Origin: Selaginella moellendorffii
Lineage: Eukaryota; Plantae; Lycopodiophyta
Length of the DNA stretch: 64,000 nt
Reading direction: 5' to 3'
NCBI RefSeq assembly: GCF_000143415.4
Contig: NW_003314292.1
Coordinates: forward strand, 737,325 to 801,324
Position numbers and translations under genes: made by a program. Under the pieces are notes generated by a model. That model made no database searches and was not told where the DNA came from. It saw nothing but the letters and a program-made list of their open reading frames with translations. Numbering within the stretch: the stretch's first letter is position 1; every line of letters starts with the position of its first letter. This document shows, one piece after another, positions 1 through 11,940 of this stretch.

Positions 1-149
1 ATCGGCTTGGATTCGATCCCGAACTCTATCTTGAACTCAGTCTCAAAGTTGGTCTTAGACTTGATCTCAAACTGAGACTCTTTATTATTTATGTCGTGCT
101 TTCGAGGATTGTTTAGCCTACAACACCTTAGGGAGTTGGTTCCTTACAA

Positions 150-315
150 CCTCGGACTCCATGTTAGGTCCATATCGAACTCCATCTCAAACTCTATCTT
201 AGGTCCATCTCAAGTCTATATTGACTCCATCTTAGACTCCATTTCAGGTCCATCTCAGGTCCATATCGAATTCCATCTCGGATTCCTTCTCAAACTCCTT
301 CTTGAACTCCTTCTT
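150..315. repeat. degenerate ~12-bp minisatellite (actccatctcag/ggtccatctcaa-like units)
   Basis: Repeated imperfect ACTCCATC/GGTCCATC units. Confidence 0.5.
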
Positions 316-429
316 GTGTCACTTTTTTAAAGACTTATTCATCGATTGCTTCGTGCTTATTCCTCAAGTATTTTGTTCAGAGTTCCACTCCCACTCTCAA
401 CTTTCCAAGTTGGAGCTTTTGGTTCAAAT

Positions 430-1157
430 ATGTTATGGTTGTTAGACTTCCACTACTATGTGGCACCTTTTTTGCTTCATTTTGGGGCTTAAGAACTTGT
501 GTCTCACACAATCTTTATGAGTGGCTGCACTCAAACCATTATACCATTGCAATGTCGTCCCTTGGAAATATGTGGGAAATTCATGCAAATACTGAGCATC
601 ATTCCAAGAATGATATGTGGCAATCATTATAAAGTGATTAAACCAATGATACACATCATCTTTAAGACTGCCATGAAAGCACTCCGACCAAACACAAGGA
701 TTAGCAGCAAGAGCAAAAGAAGCTGTACTATGTAGCATAAATGTTGCTATAAATTGAGTCTGATTGTTCAATTATAACTATATAGCATCAACCAAATGCA
801 CTAACTACTGTTCCAAAGTCAAAGGAGGAGAAGGGTATTACTTTGCTATGAAGATGAATGAAAAGGAAAAAAAATAAATAAATAAATTGAAAAAGCTAAA
901 GGAAAAGGATATTTAGACAATGCAAAAGTTAAATCTAAATCAATCCAACTACTCTTTAAAGACAATCAAAGTTGATCTTTACCTCCACTAATGTGAGTGT
1001 ATGGAATATAAAAATGAAATACAGAAATATGTATATCAATTAGCCTAAAAACATTAATTTATATACAGGAGCAAGTGGTTTAGATTGAAATCCATCCGAC
1101 AGATATCAAATAACACTATGCTAATGTTAATATACGGCATTGTACTTAAACCTCATA
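430..1157 (-). mobile_element. 5' part of a degenerate Ty3/gypsy element (LTR 992-1157 plus gag remnant), same family as 18336-41040
   Basis: 992-1157 is the reverse complement of the LTR at 40871-41040; gag remnant 442-771 (DDVYHWFNHF..YHSWNDA) matches 18957-19260. Confidence 0.75.
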
Positions 1158-1202
1158 ATTATAAATTCACGGACCTTTATGGTTGTTAAACTTGGTTGAT
1201 AC

Positions 1203-1473
1203 TTTATTTCGTTAAAGTGGGACTTTTCATTATCCCACTTATGGTGTGTGGCCACATGCCATTTTTATAACAACAATAAAAAATTGAAGTTTTAACTTTA
1301 TAATTTATAAATTAAAAACTTTTCATATGATTTTGTGTTATAATATTGTGAAATATAAAAAAATAAATTAAAAAACTGATAGAAATATTAATAAATATTA
1401 ATTAAGTACTAGGAAATGCACATGCTAGTTAATGTCCCACTTTACTGAATAAGTCCCACTTTAACGAAATAAA
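1203..1473. mobile_element. MITE-like element
   Basis: Perfect 23-bp inverted termini tttatttcgttaaagtgggactt (1203-1225) / aagtcccactttaacgaaataaa (1451-1473) around an AT-rich non-coding core. Confidence 0.6.
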
Positions 1474-1486
1474 ACATGTTGTTAAA

Positions 1487-1628
1487 CTTGCTTAGTTCCT
1501 GCTCAACATGCGGCTGCTTCTCCATCCAAGACTGATCAAATTCCGTATCTGGGCTTGAAAAAATCTCCACAAGAAACTCTTCATCCATTTCCTCATTGGA
1601 ATCAAACCTATAAATCCCTCAAGGCTAC
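1487..1628 (-). pseudogene. fragment of the acidic C-terminal region of the double-MADS family
   Basis: Reverse complement of ~4527-4668 (MDEEF.EIFSSPD.EFDQSWMEKQPHVEQE). Confidence 0.7.
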
Positions 1629-2901
1629 CACTTTTCAATCATGTTTCTTTCTCTCCAGGTCTTCTGTTTTTCTTGTGTCTCTGCTTGAGAAAACCCTTTC
1701 CTTTGCCCTTCTTCTTGCACCTCAAGCATTCTCTCGTTCGTGGAGCCACATTTGGCAGCAAGGTTGCTGGTGGTATCCATGTGTCTCAGCTCAGAAGCAT
1801 CATGAAGATGTCCATGGAAAAATACCACACTTGATTGCTTGGGCTTTTTCCTTGTTCTTGGACTCTCTTGTGCAAAACAAATGATGAACTAACAAAAGAG
1901 AACTTGGAAAAATACTTTGATATTCTGCAAAATTTTGAATTTGCATCAGCATTAGTGCTAGGCCGAGCTTGGCACTTTTTTGTTGCATGTTCGTGTCCAC
2001 TTCACTCGACATTGAGATAACGGACTTGGATTCAACCGGGCCTTGATCATCATCAGGGCGTCCAGGCCATTACATCCCACTGATGGAGAAGGTGTTCGCC
2101 TTGGTGGACAGCTTGTGGGATATCTCGGTTCCAATGGTGGTCCTCGTGAATGGGCTCACAAGGTGCGAGTACGAGGTATTGTCTCCATCAACAGCAGCAT
2201 TGAACAGTTTAATGGTCGGCCTGATGCAGAAGTTTTGACAGTTCACGACTTGGAGTTTGTCAACCGGCCACCATGTAATCTCTACCGTGCATCTCTTCAG
2301 TGCCAGCAGCTCAGCCAGGTGGCATCTTAATAACCAATCGATAAAAGGAAATTTTCAATTCGTACAGGCAAAAAAATCCGATCGAATTGCTTTAGACAAC
2401 TCAATTGTATTATTATTCTTCGCAAGCACCTGTGATTCTCGTTCTTTCAAAGAAAAGACTCTTAAGAAAACTCTTCGACATAGACAGATCTTTGATATAA
2501 GCCTTCACGATCTGTCATTCCCAATAAGCTTGTGCCACTTGGACGCAAACTCTGTGGCGTTGCCCAACGAAATGCGACGGGCGACGCTTGCTCTCGATCA
2601 TCTGGAGCTCTGCGTGGATGTGATGCGTCGCATCCCCACAAAGACGATGGAACTGTCCCCGCTTGCTCCTTCTTCACTCCTCACAACTCGGCCACCTTAT
2701 GAGGTTTCATTCCCACGCCATCTTCGATCTCATCGGGCGATCTCCTGGCTCCTGGCTCCTGGCTTGGCATTTCGATACACCAGCAGCTGAACCACGCCCG
2801 CAAACTTCTTCCCGCTCGCCGCATAGATGCTCCACCTCTAGTCTCCAATGCGTTGACCGGTGGCAGATTGCCAACGCTGGCGTTGACCAGGAGGCGCTGG
2901 T

Positions 2902-4478
2902 TCACGCACACGCCTCCGTGTTCTCGTCGAAACCTGCGCACCGGTGGTGGATTGCAGTGTAGGGCGCCTCCGAATCAAGCTTGGGCTTCATGCAGCGCCA
3001 GACAACGCCGCAGTGCGGTGGCATGCCAAAGCGGATGGGATGCACCTTGACACGACCGGGGAACGCTGTGCCCAGCTCCACGATCGCCGGAGGCACCTGG
3101 GGCCGGAATTCAGGCGGCTCCTCAATGCACACAATGCCTGTTACTTCGAGCTGCGTCACACAGCTGCTGCTCACCACCAGCTCCTGCACAAACTCGATCT
3201 CGTCACTGTCCCAGCACGGCACCCGCTTGTTCGAGTAGGAGGTGTCAATGTGCACGCGCAGTGGCGCGTGCCTGCTGCTCCACCCCGCAAGGCTCAAGCT
3301 CTGAAACACAAAAACGAGTCCCAAGTTTGTAACTGGTACACAATATGGATACGATCCTTGAGAAAAAAAAATATATGTACCTTGATGGTGAGACGAGCAA
3401 TGTAAAGCGCCTCCAGGCCATGGAACGGCTCCAAGAGCTGTGCGAGGTTAACGGATCTGGGCTCGAAGTCGGCCGAATCCATAAACAGGTCGAGCTGCTT
3501 GATGCCACTGATGCTCGACGTCCTCAAAACAAACGGCTCGAGAATTAGCTCGACGTGGGCATTGCCTCGGAAGGTATTGGTGACCGTGAGCCTGTTGAGC
3601 TTGGACATGACCAAGCCCTGGATGATTCGCACTTGCCCATGCAGCTGCACCCATTCCACGTTGCACGTAGACGGCGAGAGCTCCACGCGGGGTACCGCGT
3701 TGACAAACATCCACCGGAGCTTGGGCATGTCGAGCGCGAGAGAAAATTTGGTAACGCTCCTGCCGCGGACCCTGCTGGCGCGAATCACCAGGCAGTCGAG
3801 GCTGTGACTCTTGAGCAAATGCGTCCCAGCAGACTCCACAAGCAGCTGGGTCAGCCGGAAGTAGACGAGCGAGGGGCACAACTCGAGGAGCTGCGTCGTT
3901 GTGGCCACGTCCAAGCGTGTGCGTATGAAGCAGTAGACAAGCGCGGGAAGAATTGGAGCCGCTGCCTTGGTCGTGAGCGGGCCACCAAGCTCGACACCAT
4001 CGTTGATATGGAGACACCGTAGCTGCTGGCAGGCGAGAATGCTGGACCAGAAACCATCCACACTGACGCTGATGGTAAGGGAGTGGAGGGTTTTTCCAAT
4101 CACCGGTAGCCAGTCAAGACAAGAGCGTGGCTGCTTTGAAAAACCTGTCAAAGACAGGGAGCGGAGATTGCTGCTGCTGCTGCTGCCAAACCAGGAAAGG
4201 AGACCCTGTTGCTCATGCTCACCGGACGATTCCAACCTGAAGTGCGAGACTAGCCTTGCCAGACGCGCCCACCTCTTGCTCACCAGGCTACACCAATACA
4301 ATTGGCGCGAGGAGGCGAGCAGGGACAGGATCCGGATGAGAACGTCGTCGGGAAGGTCGCCCATGGAGCACACATTGTTGCGCCTCTCGGCGATCCTCAT
4401 CCGATCGACCAAGAAGAGCAGCTCGCTGTGCTGAATCTCGTCCGGAAGATCATCCAAGGCGCTCCTCGGCCTTTTCAT
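2902..4478 (-). CDS. F-box protein with LRR-like C-terminal region, ~498 aa; exons 4478-3381 and 3300-2902
   Basis: F-box motif LPDDVLIRILSLL..LYWCSLVSKRW; GT-AG intron 3380-3301 joins two ORFs in frame; close paralogue at 13712-15268. Confidence 0.85.
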
Positions 4479-4539
4479 CCCAGTGCCCTAAAATCTTGCC
4501 CTAAAATCTTGCCCTAAAACAATTAAGTAGCCTCGAGGA

Positions 4540-5015
4540 ATTTATAGGTTCGATACCAGCGAGGAAATGGATGAAGAGTTTCTTGAGGAGATTTTTTCAA
4601 GCCCAGACATGGAATTTGATCAGTCTTGGATGGAGAAGCAGCCACATGTCGAGCAGGAGCTAAGCAAGGGGCTGCCACCACCGCAGACCTATATTCCCCA
4701 ACAGCAATATGAATCTGGAATAAGCATGGATGGGGCGCGCACAAACACTTTCAGTGAATGATGTGTTGCAACACTTTTTTTTAAGGCAGAGTGTAATTTA
4801 AATTTTGCAAAATTTATAAATTTGTGAAGAAAAAACAGCTGGCGAAAATATACATTGCCACCGCAAGCACATCTATGGAATCACAATGTTATTGGAGCTA
4901 TACTACAACTACAAGATTTAATTAAGTAACATCTTTGACACAGGCAAGAGCTATTCCTTTAACACTAACATTGGCCTTGATCTCAAGACTTCGCCACCTC
5001 AAATGAAAATCATTT
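4540..5015 (+). pseudogene. double-MADS family remnant (acidic tail fragment followed by a frameshifted MADS-1 fragment)
   Basis: EEFLEEIFSSPD..QSWME..PPPQTYIPQQQYESG, then aaaacagctgg..ccgcaagcacatctatggaatcac..ttggccttgatctcaagac, both matching 44610-45600. Confidence 0.7.
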
Positions 5016-5129
5016 TTAAGCAGCTTTTTGCCACGTCATTGTTTGAATGCTACGTGGATAAAATCCGGCGGTGAGCATTGAACGCCGCGGATTTTGCCAC
5101 GTAATAGAAAAATTTATATAAAAATGCTT

Positions 5130-5213
5130 TGTCAGAAGTGGGGTTCGAACCCACGCCCTCGGTAGAGGACCAGAACTTGAGTCTGGCGCCTTAGACCACT
5201 CGGCCATCCTGAC
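5130..5213 (-). tRNA. trnL-CAA: tRNA-Leu(CAA)
   Basis: GTCAGGATGGCCGAGTGGTCTAAGGCGCCAGACTCAAGTTCTGG..GGTTCGAACCCCACTTCTGACA; long variable arm, A/B boxes, downstream T-run. Confidence 0.96.
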
Positions 5214-5338
5214 TGACTCCCGTTCAATCTCAACGTTACAATTGCCTCCAACGAATGATTGGGCTGAGTTAAAAGCGACTATAGATTCCTCTTTTTATTC
5301 CCTCCTCCTCTAGGGTTTTCTCTCTCTGCGGCTACGCG

Positions 5339-5737
5339 ATGGGCCTGCCGCTTCCTCCCTCTCTGGCGGTCGCCGCCGCCGCAGCGATTGCCGCCGCGGA
5401 GGCCAAGCACCTCCAACAGCAGCAGCAGCAGCGCGCGCCTCTGGAGGAGGAATTCGACGCGATGGACGAGGGGGATGATGATGAGGAGGAGGAGGAACAG
5501 GAAGAACAGGAGGAAGAGGAGGAAGAGGAGGAAGGGGAGGAGCCCGAAGCGTATGATTTCGAGGAGGATAATCAACAACAGCAGCCACAGGCGGCGCCGC
5601 GAGAGGAGGTCACGCTCATGTGGCTAGGGTTCCAAGTGACGATGAATTCTTCGCGAGATTCCCAGAGCGAGAAGGAAGAGGAAGCGGCCTCGGAATCATC
5701 CGCGGCCCCAGAAGCAGCGGCATCGGCAGCGATTTGA
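5339..5737 (+). CDS. small acidic low-complexity protein of unknown function (132 aa)
   Basis: ATG-initiated ORF preceded by a telo-box-like TAGGGTTT and CT-rich leader; Glu/Asp, Gln and Ala tracts. Confidence 0.45.
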   Translation: MGLPLPPSLAVAAAAAIAAAEAKHLQQQQQQRAPLEEEFDAMDEGDDDEEEEEQEEQEEEEEEEEGEEPEAYDFEEDNQQQQPQAAPREEVTLMWLGFQVTMNSSRDSQSEKEEEAASESSAAPEAAASAAI

Positions 5738-6522
5738 GGAAAGGAAAGAAATTTCTCTCGTTGAATCCCTCTTTTCGTCGCGGCGGCCATGGCTGTGTGC
5801 TTGCTTTTTGTTCCATCTAGAGAGCATTTTCTCTCCAATGTAACAGCGCGGGGTTCGATTCTCTCGTGTAGCAAGAAAAAATTTGTACTGTGGGGTCAGA
5901 CGGCCAGGATTGGGCCACGTTGACGCGGGGTCAGATAAATGGTTTTTCTTTTCAAATGTTTCTTAGTCGCGCATCTAACGGTTGTGACGGCGCCACGCAA
6001 GTGTGAGTGTGGTATATTTTGGGAATATCTCGAGTTTTTCTCTATCGTAAAACCTCTTGGGTAAAAACGTTATTTCTTTTGGGGTGTGTATAGCTACGCG
6101 CCTAGCGCTGCAAGTATTTTGCCGGCTGCGCAAGCGATAGATAGCGCTAGGGCATCGCGATTCGAGCGCTCCGCCAGGGACTCGAGGCGCCATCGCCAAT
6201 CCAGCTCCCGGAAGAAGGCGCAGCGACCTCGGCGAAATCGAGCAGCGAAATGGCTGCGGTTGGGGTTTTGGAATCGTCGTGATCAGATCAGCGCTGATGC
6301 CAGGTTCTTGTAGCTAGCCAAGCTCCCGAGCTTCCTAAATTTTGGTGTTTTGTCCAAGAGCTTGCAGATCGCCGCCGTGATTCATACACCAGAAGCTGGG
6401 GCTGGATCCCAAATCCGCTGTGAATGAATCGATCTGGCGGCATGGAATGGGTCTAGCCTAGTCTAGAGCGGGGTTTGCAAGGGGGCATTTCTTCGATACA
6501 GGCGTACGATCTCTTGCCAGGT

Positions 6523-8211
6523 ATGAAAAAGAGATGGAGAAACTTCTTTCCGGTCAAGAGCTCTTCATCAAAGATCGACAACTCTTCCGGCGGGGACAAC
6601 AAGCCCTCCAGCAATCCATCGCCACTCCACAGCAATGGTAGAAGCCAGGGATATGTAGCACAACAAGGAACAGTGGCTGTGCCGCGATGGAGTACTCCCA
6701 ATGACGTCATGAACTCCAATTCGATCACTCTTGGGATGGTGATGGGCAGCAAACAGGATCTTAGACACCTTCCTGGGTCGCCTGTAGATGGGCCGCCTGC
6801 GAATTCCTCTTCCGGATTTGAGCACTTACCTTCGTTCAAGGACGTGCCTAGCTCGGAGAAGCTGGCGCTGCTCGGGAGGAAACTCAAGCTTTGCAGTGTT
6901 CTATCTGACTTCACGGATCCCTCGAAGAACATCAAGGAGAAGGAGGTGAAACGGCAGACTTTGGTCGAGACGGTGGATTTTATAGGCTCTCCAGGGAACA
7001 TCAAGCTCAACGAGGTGGCGTACGAAGAGATCGTGAAGATGGTTTCGGTGAACTTGTTCCGGTCATTGCCACCTTCGCCGCATTCTAGCTCTGTCTCCGA
7101 AGGGCATGATCCGGAAGAAGAGGAGCCAACCATGGATCCGGCATGGCCTCATCTCTCACTCGTCTATGAGCTCCTCCTGAGATTTGTTGCGTCACCGGAA
7201 ACGGATGCAAAGCAGGCTAAGAGGTACATTGATCATGCATTCGTACTGAGGCTGCTGGATCTCTTTGATTCGGAGGACCCGCGCGAGAGAGATTACTTGA
7301 AGACCATCCTTCACCGGATTTACGGGAAGTTCATGGTCCACCGTCCATTCATCAGGAAGGCTATCAACAACATTTTCTACAGGTTCATCTTTGAGACGGA
7401 AAAGCACAATGGCATTGCCGAGCTTCTTGAGATCTTGGGGAGCATAATCAACGGCTTTGCGCTGCCACTCAAGGAAGAGCACAAGTTGTTTCTCGTCAGG
7501 GCGCTGATTCCATTGCACAAGCCGAAATGTGTGTCACTCTACCACCAGCAGCTTTCTTACTGCATCACTCAGTTTGTGGAGAAAGATATGAAGCTGGCGG
7601 ACACGGTGATCCGGGGCTTACTCAAGTACTGGCCGATCACTAACAGTCAGAAGGAGGTGCTGTTTCTTGCCGAGTTGGAGGAGGTTTTAGAGGCGACTCA
7701 AGCACCAGAGTTCCAACGCTGTATGCTGCCGTTGTTTCGGCAAGTCAGTCGCTGTCTCAACAGTTCGCATTTCCAGGTACATTTTGGTGTTTCCCCTTGG
7801 TTTCTTTTGGTTTGCGGTCTGATTTGCTGGTTTTTATAGGTGGCGGAACGTGCTCTGTTCTTGTGGAACAATGATCATATTATCAGCCTGGTGACTCAGA
7901 ACCGTCAAACAGTGCTGCCTCTCGTGTTCTCAGCATTGGAGAGAAACACCAGGAATCACTGGAACCAGACCGTGCACGGGTTAACTGTCAACGTACGGAA
8001 GATGTTTCTGGAGATGGACAAAGATCTTTTCGACGAGTGTCAGCGCAAGTATCTCGAGGAAGAGGAGAAGTCAAAGGGCCTGGAAGAAAAACGGGAGAAC
8101 AACTGGAAGCGGTTGGAAGCAGCTGCCGCGTCTAGGATCGAGGCTACGGGTGGTTCGAAGACCAACACGCTTGGTTTGCCGCTGGGTGTGATAGCTGTTG
8201 CTGGAAGCTGA
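6523..8211 (+). CDS. protein phosphatase 2A regulatory subunit B' (B56 family), ~541 aa; exons 6523-7776 and 7840-8211
   Basis: B56 motifs [53 protein letters not shown] and SSHFQ|VAERAL with a GT-AG intron 7777-7839. Confidence 0.95.
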
Positions 8212-8777
8212 GCAGGCCAGATGGATCCTCGTTCAGTTTCTTCTTCAGCGAGCTCGCGAACGTCCCAGGTATTTTGCCACGGGCGTTTTGCGTCGAGAGA
8301 GATCTTTGTGCTTACTCACGGGATCGTGTATCTATATTTACTAGCGCAGCTCCTTATGAGGTGGAGGATCAGCGACACGACTTGAGAGTGTGTTTCAAAT
8401 GAATCAAGGGGCTGTTTCTTGTATAAAGCAGATTTCTCTTACTTTATTGTGTATTTTTCCAGGCACATTTCTCGAAGTCTTGAGTCTTGAGTCATGGTGA
8501 CTTTGTGTGACGCTTGACCCGTCCCTCTCGAGTGAAGTGTTCTGGTAAGTTGTCTCATTTATTTGTTTGTTTGTTAGTTCTTGACATCTTGCTCGTACTT
8601 GTGTCAGGTGCCGTGCGTTTACAAAAGTTTTCGAGATTTATTGGCTCGAATGGGATGGCTGAGCATCACTTGCGATGGAAGATCGGCATCAAGCAGCAGT
8701 GGTTAAAGCTAGAGCATCCCCGAAAGAAAAATGAAGACGAAGAATTTCAGGTACAGTGAGATTCGGAAGCTCTCTTG

Positions 8778-9453
8778 TTACGACGACCACTTTATTGCGA
8801 GTATAGCGAGAGCAGCTGCTAAAAGAGGTACATGGTTTGTAAGACACAGGGATCCGGAGGAAGCCGCAGCAAATGTAGTGCCCGGCGGCAGCTGCACAGC
8901 TGTTGCGTATTGACGCTCTCGAGGATCAATAAGTCGAGGTGGTGCTGGAGGTGGTGGTACATCGTCGTCCGTATCATAACAGTAACTCAACTGCTGATGA
9001 CGGTGATGTTCTGAGGACACACAGCGTTAAAACAAGGTTTTGAGAAACTAGTCTGTCCCTGCTTTCGTTTCTCACCTCTATGGGTTTGGACAAGAGTTAC
9101 TGCTGCTGATGCTGCTGGTGCTGTATCTGGCCAGGAGAGAGTTGAGCTCTCGATCGCTAGAAACTGAACCACAGGTACGTACCTTGTTTGCATTGAACTT
9201 GTAGTTGTTCCATCTCACATTTTGCTGGCAGATCAACCGGGACAAAAGACTTGGTGGCGTTGAGAAGCACGTCGCAGGTGCAAGATTCGGCAATTCCCTG
9301 GAGATTGTCGCAGCAGGCCTGTGTCGGCCAGTCGTGCGGAGATTGGGAACACGGTTGCAACATCAGTGTTACTTGCTGGATGCTACACGCTCGTGAGCCA
9401 GCAACTGCAGCAGCAAGAACGAAGGATAGAGTGGCGACGAGTGTCAGAGCCAT
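8778..9453 (-). CDS. GPI-anchored non-specific lipid transfer protein-like (LTPG), ~184 aa; exons 9453-9183, 9126-9076 and 9010-8778
   Basis: Signal peptide, 8-Cys C-C-CC-CxC-C-C pattern, Pro-rich linker, hydrophobic C-terminal tail; two phase-1 GT-AG introns splice in frame. Confidence 0.8.
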
Positions 9454-9689
9454 GGAACGCCTTCACTTGCAGTCGTTCCTTTTTAAGTACAAACAAGACG
9501 TGAATTCCTGGGGTCGCAAAGCATCAGGTGCAACACAAGCGAGGTTCCAAGCGTACGAGGGTCTGTTAAAAAGTGATCACTGTTTGATTGTAATCGAGCT
9601 TATTTCCAGGACGAACAGCTTGGTCAAAGTGATCTCCTCTCGATCTTCCTGAGGTAAGCTTGGCAGATATCAACGATTTCCTATTTCTT

Positions 9690-10140
9690 GCAGAGACGCA
9701 CACCTTCGTGTATTGTCTCCATCGACAGTTCAATGGTCAGCCTATGGACATCGATCGGCTTTTGACGCAGAAGTCTTGAAAGTTCACGACTTGGAGTTCG
9801 CCAACCGGCCACAATGTAATCTCTACCGTGCATCTCTTCGGGGCCAGCAAGATCAGGAGGCGACGCCATGGTAGCTGCCACTACCTCTAGTCTCCAATGC
9901 GTTGACCGGTGGCACCAGGAGGCGCTGGTTCACGCACACACCTCTGTGTTCTCGTCGGAACCTGCGCACCGGTGGTGGATTGCAGTGTAGGGCGCCTCCG
10001 AATCAAGCTTGGGCTTCATGCAGCGCCAGACAACGCCGCAGCGCGGTGGCATGCCAAAGCGGATGGATACACCTTGACACGACCGGGGAACGCTGTGCCC
10101 AGCTCCACGATCGCCGGAGGCACCCGGGGCCGAAATCCCG
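9690..10140 (-). pseudogene. 3' fragment of the F-box gene family plus its downstream flank
   Basis: Near-copy of ~2180-2300 and ~2830-3110 with indels. Confidence 0.75.
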
Positions 10141-10689
10141 TGTCATGGAAAAACGCGAACGTATAACTAGCTGCTCAATATCCCGACAGAGATCAACAAG
10201 GCACGAGTAGCTGTTTGTCTTCGATTTTGTTTGCGAGCTCGTACCATCAACTAAAGCCTTGCATGCAAGCATTGAGAACACCACCCGAAACAATGCGGTA
10301 ATGGAGTCCACAGTCTGTGCACTCCCTTGTAAGAACTGGATAGAAGATAATTATTTCTTACCAAGAGCCCGATCGGCTTTCAGTCATTTTAGCCGCTAAG
10401 GCGATCAGAAGGTTGTATTGATGTTCGTGCGTGTATGCTCGAGCATGTACACAATCTGGAAAACCGAAAGTTACTCACGAGACCAATAGCTAAAACACTT
10501 ACGTTTGTCAAGAGCAGCTGTTGGATCCAGTCCAAACCTTTCCGCGATGGGAATGATTCGATCGGGACGGCTGCAAGCATCGTTTAGAATTCACAGCAAA
10601 GAAATTAAAGGAAAACGATCATACAATGCCATCTTGGTGTCGATGTCCACTTTTTACCATTAACTTCGTATAAGCCCAACGGCAGATGC

Positions 10690-11130
10690 TCGGCTTGCGC
10701 GAGCTGAGTTTTGCCAGTCCGGAATCGTTGCTCTCGCATGAGGAGGAGGACCTTTGAGACGATTGACAGGCGTCAGTCTTTAGATCGGTCTCTCGGCCTT
10801 CGAGATAACTTGTTCTTCCGGAATCAATGCCGGGGATGTGAAAAAGCTCCAGGACGCAGGAAGTCATACATGCAATGGACTGCAAACAAAGAAGGTGCGA
10901 ATCGATTGATCTTTTCTTTTTCCCTTATCGGATTTTCTTCTATCTGCCAGAGCTTAACGGGATTGTCCGAACCAAAGGTCGACAAGACGGCAGAAAAGAT
11001 AGTGGTAAGTGCCTTGGATCGCTTATTGCTATTTTCCAGCAAGTCGGCTATCTCACTGGGAATGAGGCTCTTCAAAGCGAAAATCCGTGACACTGGGAGC
11101 CAGCTTTTGGATGATCTTCTCGGTGGTATG
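10690..11130 (+). pseudogene. DMC1: DMC1 recombinase fragment (N-terminal exons on +, Walker-A piece inverted at ~10690-10730)
   Basis: [40 protein letters not shown]; RFRTGKTQLA on the minus strand; frameshifted. Confidence 0.75.

Positions 11131-11132
<2 letters not shown>

Positions 11133-11179
<47 letters not shown>
11133..11179. repeat. (CT)n microsatellite
   Basis: Perfect dinucleotide run. Confidence 0.95.
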
Positions 11180-11182
<3 letters not shown>

Positions 11183-11367
11183 GCGAACTTACATGGCGGC
11201 CGCGACCGGGATGTTCCTCATCACTGAAGCTCTGGGCAGGAAAGTAACCTTCAAAATGTGGCGGGAACGTGAACTTCTTGAGCTTGACAGGCCCTGGATG
11301 GTCCCCACGCCCCTGCTCTGCTTGATCCACTCGACGGCATGTAGACGGCAAGAGCTCCACGATTTTG

Positions 11368-11940
11368 TGGAAAACAACAGCTGGGAAATAAAAAATTTGC
11401 TAGAGTACATCTCCGATGCTGAGATAAGAAAGTGCCATGCTGAGATAAGAAAGTGTTGCGACCGCAAACGCATCTATGGAATCACGAAGAAGTTATGGAA
11501 GCTATACATACTCACGTCTACAAAGTCTAAACTTCTCTAGTAACTTCCCTGACACAGACAAATGCTATGTCTTCAACACCGAATCAACTTTGCCACCTCA
11601 AATGAAAATCATTGTCAAGCAGCTATCGATGCACTCGGTAACACAACAGGACCAAATGTCTTCGATCATCAAGGTATTTAATTTCTACACAGTTTCTTCT
11701 TTTAAGTTTTCCTTTGTTTAGAAAAAGACACCAGGGAAGAAAAAATCCGTTGAGACAAGAAAGAGTTGCTTCCGAAAGCTATGGAATCATGAAGAAAATA
11801 TGGGAGCAGACACATACTCATGGGTACAATACTTGATTTATCCTGTTACTTCCTGGACATGGTAAACACAAACATTGGCCTTGGTCTTGAGTCTTTGCCA
11901 TCTCAAATGAAAACTATTATCAGGCACCAATCGATGCGTG
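11368..11940 (+). pseudogene. double-MADS pseudogene copy
   Basis: [31 protein letters not shown]; second MADS exon after an intron; a ~21-bp internal duplication and frameshifts. Confidence 0.8.

Noticed and set aside
150-315. Possible CRISPR-like array
   Set aside because: Degenerate adjacent repeats with no unique spacers; eukaryotic context
5016-5207. 63-aa ORF MAEWSKAPDSSSG
   Set aside because: Translation of the tRNA-Leu gene
6453-7518. Minus-strand ORFs over PP2A B' (and plus-strand ORFs over TPK and kiwellin)
   Set aside because: Antisense shadows of conserved genes
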